Assembly: GCA_046563655.1 (NCBI GenBank)
Contig: CM102285.1
Span: 15,252,001 to 15,316,000, forward strand
Direction of reading: 5' to 3'
Length of the DNA stretch: 64,000 nt
Source of the DNA: Yuukianura sp. NJ FZ-2021
Lineage: Eukaryota
Part shown: positions 26,001 to 38,900 of the stretch, piece by piece
Numbering within the stretch: position 1 is the stretch's first letter
How the letters are laid out: the number at the start of each line of letters is the position of its first letter
Program-made: the position numbers and the translations under genes
The notes under the pieces: model-generated
What the model saw: only the letters and a program-made list of their open reading frames with translations
Databases searched by the model: none
Told to the model about the DNA's origin: nothing

Positions 26001-29000
26001 CATGGTTACACTCCTCCATTCATATGCACATACACTCTGCTCCTCCAATAACCTTACATTTGAAAATATAATCCAAGTCTCATGCTAATCCAACTAAAAA
26101 GAAAGTTGATCAGAGTGAACGCCTAAATGGGGGAGCATAAATTCCAGTGGAGCGGAGACTGATGAATGGCAGAGGGAGCCAGTGGGTGAGGTGCCTGGAT
26201 TTATCGAGGCCTTAAGTCCGGGGGCCTTGGCCTCGTGCAGGCAGAGAGAAATGCTTTCTGGATTTTATTTCTGGAAACTTTTGTAAAAACTTTGTGCTTT
26301 TCTGTGAAATTGTATTCAAGATTCACGACATGACTTTGAGGCATTTCCTCAGTGTCCCCAAAAGTTTTCCCAGCCTAGGAGAGAGTTTCGGAGGTTCCTG
26401 CCCCACGTCACTTTCCAAAGTTTGTGCCGTGCGGTTGACGTCGACGGAGCCACTTTCCTAAACTTTCTCCTTGGAAGGCCTTCCTCCGATCACTAAAAAG
26501 TGCGGAGGTTCTAAAGTTCTTTGTGGAGTCCCAATTTATGACCATGTTCTCTCTCCAACCTCCGACAAACAACCATAAAGACTTTGGACTCCTCTTGTCA
26601 TTTCGCAAACCACAAGGAATAAGATCCATTTGTGGAATTGACTACTGAAAAAGAGTGAATGGGGTGAGGGTGTTGGGATTCTGCGGGAGTCCTAATGGAA
26701 TAAAGAGTCTTTGTGCAGTCTATTCCTCGGAATTATGCAAAAGGTGAGTGAAAGTGCGGAGGGAGAGACCTGCACTGAATATGAACATGCATGGGGCTAC
26801 TCGCTCTTTTTATTCAATGTTCAATTGTCACCCTCTCCTCAACTCCCGTTCAGTCGCTTATGAATACTAACAACCCACACTCTACATTCAGCGCCAAGGA
26901 TTTACAAACCAAACATTCTGCTAAAAGGAGAATCCCAACTGTGACTTGTGCTCAGAGATAAGTTTCCAGACTAAAAGTACTTTTTGTACACCTTGCAACT
27001 TTTTTTGAGCCAAGAAGGTTATCCTAACAAGGAGGAGATGAAGGAGAAAGTTGGATGTTTGGATGGTGATAGTTAGTACGTGTGTAAACATAGTAACGAC
27101 ACTTTTAAAAATTTTAACGAGGTGAGAGGGAGAAGGGGAGTGATGGAATTATGCTGATTAGGGAGGTGTGTGTTAAACGATCAGAATCAGTTGGGGAAGA
27201 ACGTGGTGACGGGTATTAATCATGTAAGTTTGGACTAAGCTCCACCAATCCCTTCATACATATGTAATCAAATGGAGGAGAAAGAGAGGATTTAGGGACA
27301 CGCTTTCCTCCCTTCAACTTCAACCTGAGACTGAGTAATGAAGGTGTAGAACATGAGGAGTGGAAGAGAAAGTCCAAGGGGCGAGTGACATTAATCGAAG
27401 GAGGAAGTTATGATGAATCATAAACAAGTCCATTGGATCCACATCCACTTGGAGAGTAGTTCGTGCAAGTAGTTTGTGTTGCTCTGGTTTTATGGCAGAA
27501 TGGGAAATCATAAATATTGCCACAGTCTCTGGGAACACTTTCCCAGTTGGGGAATAGGAATAGGTAAACTTTTGAAAAGTTTGTGAGAGGGAGAGTGGAG
27601 GAGAAAGTTAACGTGTTTGGGGATTTCTTAGGAATTCTCACGAGAGGATATTAGAGTAGAGAGAGAATAGGAAAAGTCAAGGGACATTTATTCCAAGTTG
27701 ACATGGACGAGGATGGCCCTTAACTCTTCCAAGGACACGCAAAATCATTCAATTTAAAAGGACTTACAGGGATCACAACCCACTTTTAACTTTACTTCTG
27801 GGGTGGAGGGAGTAACTATGTTGCTGGAAGAGAGAGGGTGCTCTACCCCATTGTCCACTTTTCCATTGTGTGTCAGGCCCAGACTCCTCAACACTCCATC
27901 CTCCATTAACAAATCCTCAACTGGACTGGAGATTCCTGGGAGAAAGCAGAGACATTCTTCCGGAGGAATTCCGCCAACCTTCCACTGCTCCCTTGTCTAA
28001 TTCCATTAAGAGAAGAGTCCACCTTTGGCCTCGGAAACTTTTGATGAAGAAGCACGTTCAGGGAACAATGGACGGCGGAAAGAAGGAGAAACAAAAGTTT
28101 GGGTCGTGGATGATGTCGCAGGAGAAAGTTTTGGTTGGCACAGCATGTTGTTGGATTTAGTGCAGTCACAAAGTTCCTCTCTCGTGACTTGAACAACCAA
28201 CAACAACTTCCACTCCTCGCACCCACCCTCTTTCTTTCAAAATGAAGTAATTGGGATTTCACAACCAAGAACCATGTGAGACTAATTATAAGTTCAGCTT
28301 CTCACAATCCATCACTCTCTCATGTAAAATAGTGGAACAGAGAAGGCGAAGGGCGGAAAAGAGCAAAGAGCGTCCCTCGGGAATTCATGCTTCACATCTC
28401 ATGCAACCCACCTTCCATTCCGCTCCTTTCACCGAGGCCCCACCATCCCACCGGCCCCACATCCCACCAGAAGAAGAGAGTGAATTCAAAGGGTTTGAAT
28501 TGATTGGAATGGGATGGGGCAGAGTTGCTACATAAATAACTTCCGTCCACTTTTGGCTTCGGTCAACAACAAACTTTTGGTCAGCTTCTGTCGTCGAGAG
28601 AAAGTTTTACTGGGGTGGTTTTGTGCCAATGCAAATAGAGTGGGGCCGGGATAATTTACATTCAAAGAGGATTTGTGTCCGGTCATCTCTGCACTGCATG
28701 ACCTCGCCCACTTCCTCCAACTTCCGCATTTCCCAGAGGAACACATTCCAATTTCCATAGTGTCCCCTCTCCATTCAAAATCAGAAGACGCATACTTGAT
28801 CAGCACCACTATTCACAAATCAACCCCTTTCACAACCCACAGGAGAAAGTTGTGAGAAAGCACAGTTTGTAATCACGGGTTTTACATGTGAGAATGAAAG
28901 CGTCATTGCAGAGGAATGCGGGTAATAAAATCCAAAGAACCGAGTGCACTTTTACTCTGCGGACGTGAGAGGAAGGAATGGTGTTTAGTGACCTCTTGGA

Positions 29001-32000
29001 GAGGTCATTTTGGCCCAAATGGAGACGTGTCCCAATTTGTTGTGGAATGGGCGTTGGAAGGGAGTCGTAGTTGTCGTTTATGGACTTTGTCCATGTTCAT
29101 GTCATGTCCAACCACCCTCCTTTCTTGTGCCGACCTCAGATTCCGCTCATGCCTCCACACGCACAACAAACTCCATTTCCACGAGAAAAGAGGAAGGAGG
29201 GAAAGCCTAATTCACACACTGCCTACTGGAGGATGAGCAGATGGGTGACTAAGACGGTGGGTAATTGAGGTTATGTGTAGTTAAGAGGGGAGCCACAAAT
29301 ACTAATCAGACCTCCACCCAAGGTCTTAGTTGGAATTACAGGTTCCACCATGCAATTTCACATTTTTCCAACACACGCCACCACACTGCTCCAACTTCCA
29401 CTTTCTCCTCACCAATTTCCTTTCTTTTCTCTATGCCCACACAACATGCAACTCCAACCACCGTCTAATCGCTCTCCGTGTCTCTACGTGTCAGGTGACG
29501 GACCATGAAGGACTCGTGTCACAACAAATATTTCAAATTACACTCCGACACTCAATAAATGTTTCACAAACTAACCTTCCGCTTTCACTCTGTCATTACA
29601 ACTACAATTCAAATCCCCTACACATAAATCCACTTTTAACTTTTGAGACTGAATTTGAGAGTTGAATTGAGCATGAAAGGAGATTGTCTGGAGAGGAATT
29701 TGTGAACCTGGTGGGAAGTGGGCCTTTGTTGGATTTAGAGAGAGAGGATGATGATGATGCTTAGTTTGATGGTTGCCAAGGGGGAACAGTCGCTTTCTAT
29801 TGGAAATTGACTCAATGAATTGGATACAAAAGACGAAAAAGTCATCTCTCCACCAATAACGGAATCCTACCAACGCTCACCAATTTTCTCCTTTCAATCC
29901 AAACAAAACTTCCCCCTTTTTACAGAGTTAGGAAAACACGGACCCCAGTCACAGTCGGCGCACCCTAATGACAACTTTGTCTCTCAAATTCCAGACAGTC
30001 AGAGTTCCATTTGGGAAACTGTTTAGTTTTTCCACCTCCTGTGAAATTGTGAGGGATGTGAATGTGCTTGACAAAGTATCAATCCACTTTGTCTCCATTT
30101 GAGAAGATTTGGATGGGACAGGATTTCATCTCCACTTTCACTTTTCAATTACACCTTCCCCTCCTCAGTTGAGAGTTGCCTAGTCACTTCCGTTTGGTCA
30201 CGATGGAGGAGCACATGAAATGGAGACTATAAGCCTCTTTGTTACTTTAACACAAAACAATAAAACCAAAGTTTTGGAGTCTACCCTCCCTCGAATCCAT
30301 TGTCATCCAACAACATCAAGTGAACTCTTTGAGAGAAAGCACATCTTCATTTCACAGATGAACCAAAGTCCACCTTCACAAATGTGAAGGTTGGAGTTGT
30401 GGAATTGAAAGTGACGGGTGAATCAGAGCTGGATCTGACAATGGTTCTCCCCTGCCCAGATATGATGAATTTGAGGGAGGAGGGAAGTGTTGTCCGGTGG
30501 GACTCTACTAAATACTTTCTCCAAACTTTCCCCTAAACTTCATCTGTCAAAGTTACATCTTGGTCTCTGAGCGGTGGGTTGACCGAGGAAGGAAGCTGGG
30601 AAGTGTTGGGAAGGAGATAAGGAGATGAGCTCATGTAAATCCCACTTCAACAACCAACTCACAATGGAAACACACTTTCTCACTTTCACCTCAAACAAAC
30701 ACAAATCATGCTATCCACTCTAAAATACTTCTATTCTGAACATTGGCCAAAAGAACAAAGACCCAATGGTGGAAATGGAGTGAGGGGAGTGATGTCCTGG
30801 TTCTAAATCCAATTTGGAAGGGTTAAGACAGGAAGAGAGTCCCTGAGCAGCATTTAATTTGTGTGACGTGTCAGAGGGCAACTGGGAGTGTGGGACACTG
30901 TTCTTCTCCACCTTATTAAGTTGGATTCTCTCGTCCGACTCCCCACAGATTCTGAGGGCCCTTAAAACCATTATCCACACTTCCAAATAATCAATAGTCT
31001 GCATTCCTCAACACAACCAAATCAGAGACACAAGGACAAGTGGGGCAGAAGGTGGTGCCTGGAGCGTGTGAAATAAATCGATTCATGATTGAATTGGGTT
31101 GTGCACTTTTGCACTTACAGGGAGAGATGTGTTGGGGAATCGACAAGTGATTGATGGAATGGAAGTGGAGGGACTTTTCAGTCCATGAGAGTAGAAATGC
31201 ATGTTGGGCAGAGCGACGTCTGTTTCTCTGGAGAGACTGCGTAAGTTTGTAAATGAGGGAAGTTTGAAAAGTGTTTTTGCCAATTCCTGGTGGACTGATG
31301 GTTGCTCATCTCGCTCCTTATTAGCGGCAGATGGGATCTCCCCCAGTCGAAGGATGATGGGATTTCATCGCCCTTAATTTCACCAAAGAGAGACTGGGTA
31401 AATACAGCTAAATTACATTTGGAGACTAATGCACCCCATCCATCACTCCTCTCTTTTTTAAGTCCCATTAAAATATTAATACGAGATTAAAAGAGTCGAT
31501 AATGACAAAGTCTGGAAGAAGGAGCATGAGCCTCCTTCTTCCCTCGCATGAGGAGGCAGGGAAAGCGGAGATGCGGAGGAAAAAATTAATGCAAAAGTTG
31601 GGGGAAAGTTTTTGTTTGGAGTTTGAGAGAGCTGATGATGGTTCGGGATGAGTTCTCCATCCATCCGTGTACAGCCCACTTACATATGCTTTCACTCTCC
31701 CATCCACTTTCACCTGAGCCCACGAAGACTACAAAGTTAGCTCTAGACGTCATTACGTCTCTTTTTTCAATCACAGTTCAATTAAATACACTCCGCCTTG
31801 AGAAATTAAAAAGAAGCCATGCAAGTCCTCGCAAGAAACTAACCCCTACTCTGTTTCCAGGAGAGAAAGTTCTGCCAATTTCCAGACAAAAGAGAAGCAT
31901 TGTGTAGTTGAGGCGAGAGTGGAGGATAATGGAGGAATGTTCATTTGTGCTAATTGACACTTCCACCTTGGCTGTAAGCCGCACTTTGTAATGAATGTGG

Positions 32001-35000
32001 ACAAGCGTGTGTTGTTCTGAGAGGGAAGGCTTAGTAATTGAGCAGAACACCTTGATGCATTGCGATTAGGAGAAAACCAACAAGTCACTAATTGAAACAC
32101 AACCGCCTCACACTCCCCCAACTCAAATCTCGTTCCAGAGGCCGTGCATTATTAAATTGAAGAGAAAGCGGGGTGGGGCGGAGGAAGTGGGTCGGTGGGC
32201 AGTTGTTAATTAAGAGTCGTGACACGTTAATGAAGGGTGAGCATGGTTTGGAGAGGAGAGTGGCTGTGATGCATATTTAGATTTGTGCCACGGACAGAAA
32301 CCGCCTTGTCTCCACCTTTCACTCCTGCTTTCCCCGCTGTGGCTCCCCTTATGGATCTGGCCATGGCACACCAAAAGACGAGCCCCCAGCCACCATCTCC
32401 AAATCTCATTCCGATCCAAGTCCTGCTAATCTCCACGTCCTCTCCAGCATCTCAATCCTCTCTCCCTGGGCACCACTAACGCCAAACTCACTTTATGACT
32501 GGCCAGGATGCCACGTCGTAAAACTCAACACATGGTCTCGCAATGACCTTTGACCCAAGACAGACTCAGAGTGTGTATTTGCATGGAATTAGAAATAGGG
32601 TGTGGACAGTGGAGTTATGAAGTGGTGTTTATGAGCGGATGGAGGGAGGGTGCCAAGAAGTGGATTTATTTCCGGGTAGCCAAGTGCCACTTGATCTCCC
32701 ACTTCCCACCCCACATGCATATCTCACTCAGGAATCAGTGTCACCCAACACAAACATTCAATACTAATCCCAATGTCCAACTTTCACTCTCCAAAACAAC
32801 ACTTTCATGTTCCCACTTTCCCAATTCCATTTCAAAGGAGGGTCACCAGTAGCTTGCCTGAACTTAACTAATTAAAAATGTCGTCAAAGTGAAGGGAGTA
32901 ACTGTGCTGGAATGGAGTTGGATCCAGTTGAAAGTCTAGAGAGACATAATTTTGCTCTCTGCGTTTCTTAGCCAATTTTAATTTGTGTCTCTCCCTCTCT
33001 TTTATCTCCCCTCTCGCTGGAATGAAATATCATTTTTACTAACACCATTATAATTACGGAGGCACAGGGAAATCTGATTATAATGAACACAGAGCCCCTC
33101 AAAAATAACCCTCCACTCCCAGCGGAAATTGAAGGGGAACCTTTTGTTTCAGGACACTTTTAAATTTACATTATCTCCATCCCTCACTTTCACCTTGTCC
33201 CACGAAACCCACGAAGTGGGTTCTGGTGGGGCCATGTCTCTGACGTGTGGAAGTGCCCTGGAGATAAGAGGATGAGAAAGTCCTGTTCAACTACTGGAAC
33301 CTCCAAACTTTTCCAAAGTGGAGTTTATTAATTCCTATCGTCCTCTTCCCACTAATTTGAGAGGAAAAAAGGGAAGCCACAGAGAGAGGAGAGAGAAAGT
33401 AACTAATTCATTAAAGTTTTAAATAAAAGTCTCGAGGCTCCTCCGCCCCGCTGATAAAAACTTTAGTCAAATACAAAAGAGGCTGCTGGTCTCCGCTCAA
33501 AGTATGAACGAAAGTTTAGAAGGGATTTGATTGAGTGTGGGGCTGTGGCAGAGCAAATACTTGTTTAATGAGACTCAAATTCAGCTTCAAATAAATAAGT
33601 GAAGTGATTAAGGAAAAATCCAACTTTCTCTCCTTTCTCCAGCAACTTTGAAGAGGAATATGGTCAAGAGAGTCGTTGTATTTTTGGTAGAGTAAGGAGA
33701 TGAAGGTGGGTTGGATTGTAATGCGATTAGACAATTGCCTAAGAAAGTTGAAATGTGCTAGAGGCTGCTGCTTCGTATTCCGTCCCACCACTCTCCCTCT
33801 GTCTCGAATGATTAGGAAGATTGTGATGCTGAGGGTTTGGAGCTCAATACGAAATGAAGGACCCCGCATTTTTACAACTTCCTTCACTCTTCAATTAACA
33901 AAGAACTTCTTTTACAACCAACACAAAACTGTCCCACTCTCTTCTGTTTGAGAGAGAGTGAGGGTAGTCGGCATTCATGTGTATCGACTCGGCTGAAATG
34001 GATGTGGTGTTGGAGTGCCAAAAAAGAGCACTTTCTCCGCTTTCTTCCAGTCTTGCCCTCTTTCTGTTAGATTGCACAAAACTCATTAGGAGGCCTCTCT
34101 CCCTGCTAAATTAAGTGGAAATCTTGGAATACATTGAGCAGGAGCAGCCAAGGAGCTGGAGGGAGACGCTGAATTAGCCAAGTGTCAAAAGTGCTCTAAT
34201 GACTGACCCTACACTTTCTCATCTCCAGTAGCCTGTGCGTGTCGTTCGTGATGAATGGTCTGCTCAACTGGCATTACTGAATTAATTAAACCAATTAAGA
34301 ACAAATTCCCAATGACTTCATCCCACTTTCTCGCTCCTTTCTCTGTACTTGTTGAGGAACTTTGGAGTTGCCGTATGGATATTCCCGTGTAATTGAAATG
34401 TGATTTGAATGAAGAGGGAGTTTGGACGAACGTGTTTTCATGTCAGAGATTATTCAGTCCGTTTTCGGGTTGAAAGGGCGGGAGAAAGTGCGGTTTCGCA
34501 GGGCGTGCGGATGAGTCCAATTAACATTTTAATCCACTTTCACACAAACCAACTCTGGAACCTCCATATGTGGGAAATTCAAATGAGGGAGTGCATTGTT
34601 ATTCAAATTATGATCTCCACCCAATCATTCCCCTCTGCACCCACTTCTTTTTCCAGCCACAAGTGAAAACACTTTCTGAATAATTAGCCAACTCTTTCAC
34701 TACTCCCTACATTCCTCTGAATAGAGTTGAAGAAAGCGAGAGAGGAACTTCTTTTTGGCGCGTTGGGCAGAATTAGGTTTTGATTATTCACTTTTCCCTC
34801 AATGGGCCCATTCATCTCCACCCCACATACATTGGAATGGGGTTGTGGAGAAAAGAGAAAGCGTTCCTCCATTCGGATTTTGTTTCTGCCTCATTCCGTC
34901 CCACTTCCTCACGAATGGATTCATAACAGCGGAACAACACAAATTCCTTACTCTGCCTCAACTTCTGGCACAGAGGACACTAGAGAGTGCGAAAGTGAAT

Positions 35001-35927
35001 TAGACAAACAAATGCGTTGATTCGGAGAGGCTAATTGAGTTTGGTTTAAGTGATTAGAGAGTCCGTGGGTCAGACGCATTTGTCTCCCTTACGCTGGCAG
35101 GCTAAAGATTAAAATTAATCAGACCCAAACACAAAGTTTCCGCACAAGTTTCTCCCAGTGGGAAAGTTCTTTGAAAAAGTGTACTTTTTCCATTGTTTAA
35201 AAGAGAGATGAGTGACCTAGTGGAGGAAGTAGGCGCCCTACCTCAACTTTTGAGCAAGTTGCATGATTGTGAAACTTTTGAAATGAAAACTTTTCTAAAT
35301 ATTGTTTTGTTGAAGAGTTTGTTGGAGAAAGTTGGAGAGAGTGCAGTTGAAGTTGGTTGACCTTAGTTTTAGTTTGGAGGTCAAAGGAAGACAAGTGCGT
35401 AGGAACTGAATGGAACTTTCCAATTACATTCCACACAAAGAGTGTGTGAGGGTGAAAGGCGTTAATTGTGATTAGAGTTGGACATGGAGAGCAATCACTT
35501 AGTTGGTTTGAAAGCGCGGGGAGAGTAAATGGTAATGATTAAATGTTATAAAGACATTAGAGGAGGATAGTCTAATAACTGATCCACCTCTGGAGGAGTG
35601 TGGATTAAAGACGCCCATTCCCCCACTCTCTCTTTCTTATCTTTTATGGAGGGTAATTAGAACCAAACACTTTCTCCACAGCATCTCTTTATGACTTTCA
35701 TCGATTTCAAACTCCATCTCCCCCTTCCACCATACAAAAACTACCACAAACCTCCAACATCCAACCAACATTCTAATCCTACTTTCGGGATATGAAATTA
35801 AACTGGAAATCAATCCCTACTGTCAAATACTCTTCTCTTTTCAATAACAACAATATGCATTGTCTACTGTACTCAGAGAAAGTGAATGGAAAGTGAGGGT
35901 GAGTTTGTTTTGTGTTTTAGAGAGGAG

Positions 35928-38900
35928 ATGGGACTGAAGGGGCGGAGTGAGCGGAAGGAGAGAGCACTGGACCCACCGACCATGACGACTACGCTCAACG
36001 AAACTCAGAACTTAAACAAAAGAAGGCGACTGTCGGTGGGGCCGAAGGAGAGACTCTCCAGACCACTCAAGACAAAGGGCAAGGAGTCCAACAACAATGC
36101 AGAAGACGAGTACAACAAGTGCGTCATGGAGACACAGGCAGCACTCAGAAGTCTCTCTGCAGAAATCATCCTCAACCAGGACGAACAACTCCAGCAGACT
36201 CTCCCTCCCCCTCCCACCGAAACAAGACAGGAGGTCAATGACCCACCCAAGGAAACAGCCCCACCAACTCCCCCGCAAACCAAACCAGAACCACCTCCAT
36301 CCCCTGTCCAAAATACTCCAGTCAAATCTTATGTTGCTTTGGATTTCAACGAACTAGTGGACGACTCCAACTCGGGTGATTTGCAAATCCCAATGTCCAC
36401 TCATGGGAATGACAGAAAGGGAGAGGGACTCAAGGGGTCCAAATCCCCGGGTTCCCCCTATGGTGTGTCCTACTTTCACGGAATGGGAGGGGATGAGGTG
36501 GGGAGAGGTGGGTCGCCCCACCGCCCCACCACGTCAGCAGCCTTCGATTTTATTGAGTCGCAGAACTCTCCTCTGACTCCGAAGCAGTACACGATTCTGC
36601 AGCCAATGACTCCGGTGGATCATCCTCGGAAGGTGGGTCTTGGGTCTTCGTCTCCGCGCAGTGAAAGCATGTCACCAGCCACAACTCCAGGTGGAACTCT
36701 CAAAGGTAACTTTCACTCTTCCCACTTTCACTACAGCCAAACCCACACTCACTTCGTCATACAACTTGACACTCCCTCTTCTAATGATCCACTAAATCCA
36801 TCCCACATGTCACTAACTATTTGTCTCTTCCAGATCCCACCAAATGCCCCACCCCCGGATGGTAAGTTATGCAAATACCTCAAATTACTCCTTCTTCTAA
36901 TCAGGATTCTCTAATTGCAGCAATGGACAAGGTCACATTACAGGACTCTACACGCATCACAGGAGGTACAAACTTACATTCTCAAAAACACTTTCAAACT
37001 TTTACCATTTTCTAAAGTGGATTTTCCTTTTTGAAACTTTAGTCTATCGGGGTGTCCACGTCGGGACAAACTAACTCCAGAAAGTAAGATCTTCACTCAA
37101 CCAAACAAATTCAGCGACGAAAACGAGTACAAAATAGTAGAGTAGCAAACTTTTGGAAGTCAATCAGTATTGAGCAAATAGAATTCGGTTCAACGGGAAC
37201 TACACATCAATAGAATTAAATATGAATTTAAATTGGGATTTAAGCTGTAGGACTTTTGTTTAAGACTTGGAATTAATTTGAATGTAAAGTTGCTGTCGAA
37301 ATATTTGATTTTGTCTTATTGTCATTGTTGACCCAATTCCGAACGAACGTGTAAATCTAACTCCAATTCTTCTAATTCCATTTGTTTTTGTAGTTTTGGC
37401 GCTGCATGAGACAATCTTAAAGTGTCCGACTCCCGGTTGTTCGGGTCGTGGTCACGTCAACACTAATCGGAACAGCCACCGGAGTTTGTCGGGATGTCCA
37501 GTGGCAGCATCCAGCAGACAACAGGGTAGTCGGACCGATTCCAGCATCGGACTTCGCTTGAAGCCGAACAGCAGCAAGGAGTCTGATGGGTCCTCCAAAC
37601 ACTCTTTCCCCTTCAGCTCACCCACCGACTCCCCACCCACAAAGTCACCCACACACAAAATGACTAACGACTTGCAACACTCCAGCAGAATCTCTACGCC
37701 AGACGGAAACACGACGCAAGGGCCCCCCTACGACAACTACTGCTGCGACTCCACCAACAGCAGCTCATCCTCTGCATCCTCCGCACCTCCACCAACCACT
37801 TACGCCAATTCAGGTGGGAATGGAAGAATGCACAACTATGGCGACATGCACTACTCCGCCCCCAGATTCGGTCTCCTCCCCACCCCTCAACCAACAGTCC
37901 CCACCCCAACATTCCACACAAAGGGAGAAGCAGGGTATGGGAGTACAGACTACGCACAACAACAACAATCAGCCCCCTGCACCAAAGACAATCAAAGACG
38001 GAGCGACAGTGAAAGCATGGAGGGGGCTGGAGACAGAAACGAGCTTTACCTCAACGAAACCAAAGCAGAAGACACAAACTACAACACTCCAACGCCATTC
38101 CCCAGGTATGAAATCACAAATTCCTCAATTTTGAACAAATTGATAACTTCTGAATGTGTAGGCCCCTGTTTTACGAGGCTGAGGGCGGTCAGCACCCGCT
38201 CCCCCTGGCTTCCGTGACCCCCTTCCCCTCCGCCATCAATCTGTCCGTCAAATGCGGTGGACTCAAGGAATCTCCTTCTCCGTCCGTCATGGATCTCTCC
38301 GCAGCATCTGGATTCGGACTGCCCCACTCGCATCTCCAGCACTATGGAGGCAGAATCCCAGTCGGAAGTCCCACCATGCCCAGTCCACAGGATCTCAGTC
38401 TAGCCACAAGGTCACCCATCGAACCATCCTCTCACAAGTAAACAACTAACTTAGAGAGGAGAAATACACTTTCACTCTATCAGTCAATCATTTATTCACA
38501 TTTGGAAAAAGTCCCGCAGAGCAAAAGTAACGGAGGAATTTGGGTGAAAGTCCCTACACTTTCTAAAATCATTTGTACAAGCATCATTGGAATGGATAAA
38601 TTCCATCTTCAATTTAACAAACTTTCAAAAAGCGAATTCATTTGCCCGTTTCAAAAATCAATTTCAAACCAAAATTATTCCAAAAATATTGGCTTTTGAG
38701 CATATTTTTGAAAAAAAAAATTGTTAAAAAATTTTCCTATTTTTTTTTTGTAAACTTGGTTGATAATTATAAATTAGATGATAAAAAAATTGAGATTGAA
38801 TGTAGAATTGAATTTAGATTTCCTGTTGGCGGAGGTGGGTTCGGGAGACATTCTCCAACTGCGACTCCCTACTCATATTCCAGAGACGGAGGTAACAAAA

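Noticed and set aside
18000..35880. Dozens of 60-120-aa ORFs in the six-frame track
   Set aside because: They have no recognisable domains, many use non-ATG starts, and I found no consistent splice chain. This fits chance ORFs.
35886..36914. The 342-aa ORF as a standalone gene
   Set aside because: It is a Myt1 exon with read-through into the flanking introns (acceptor 35920, donor 36706).
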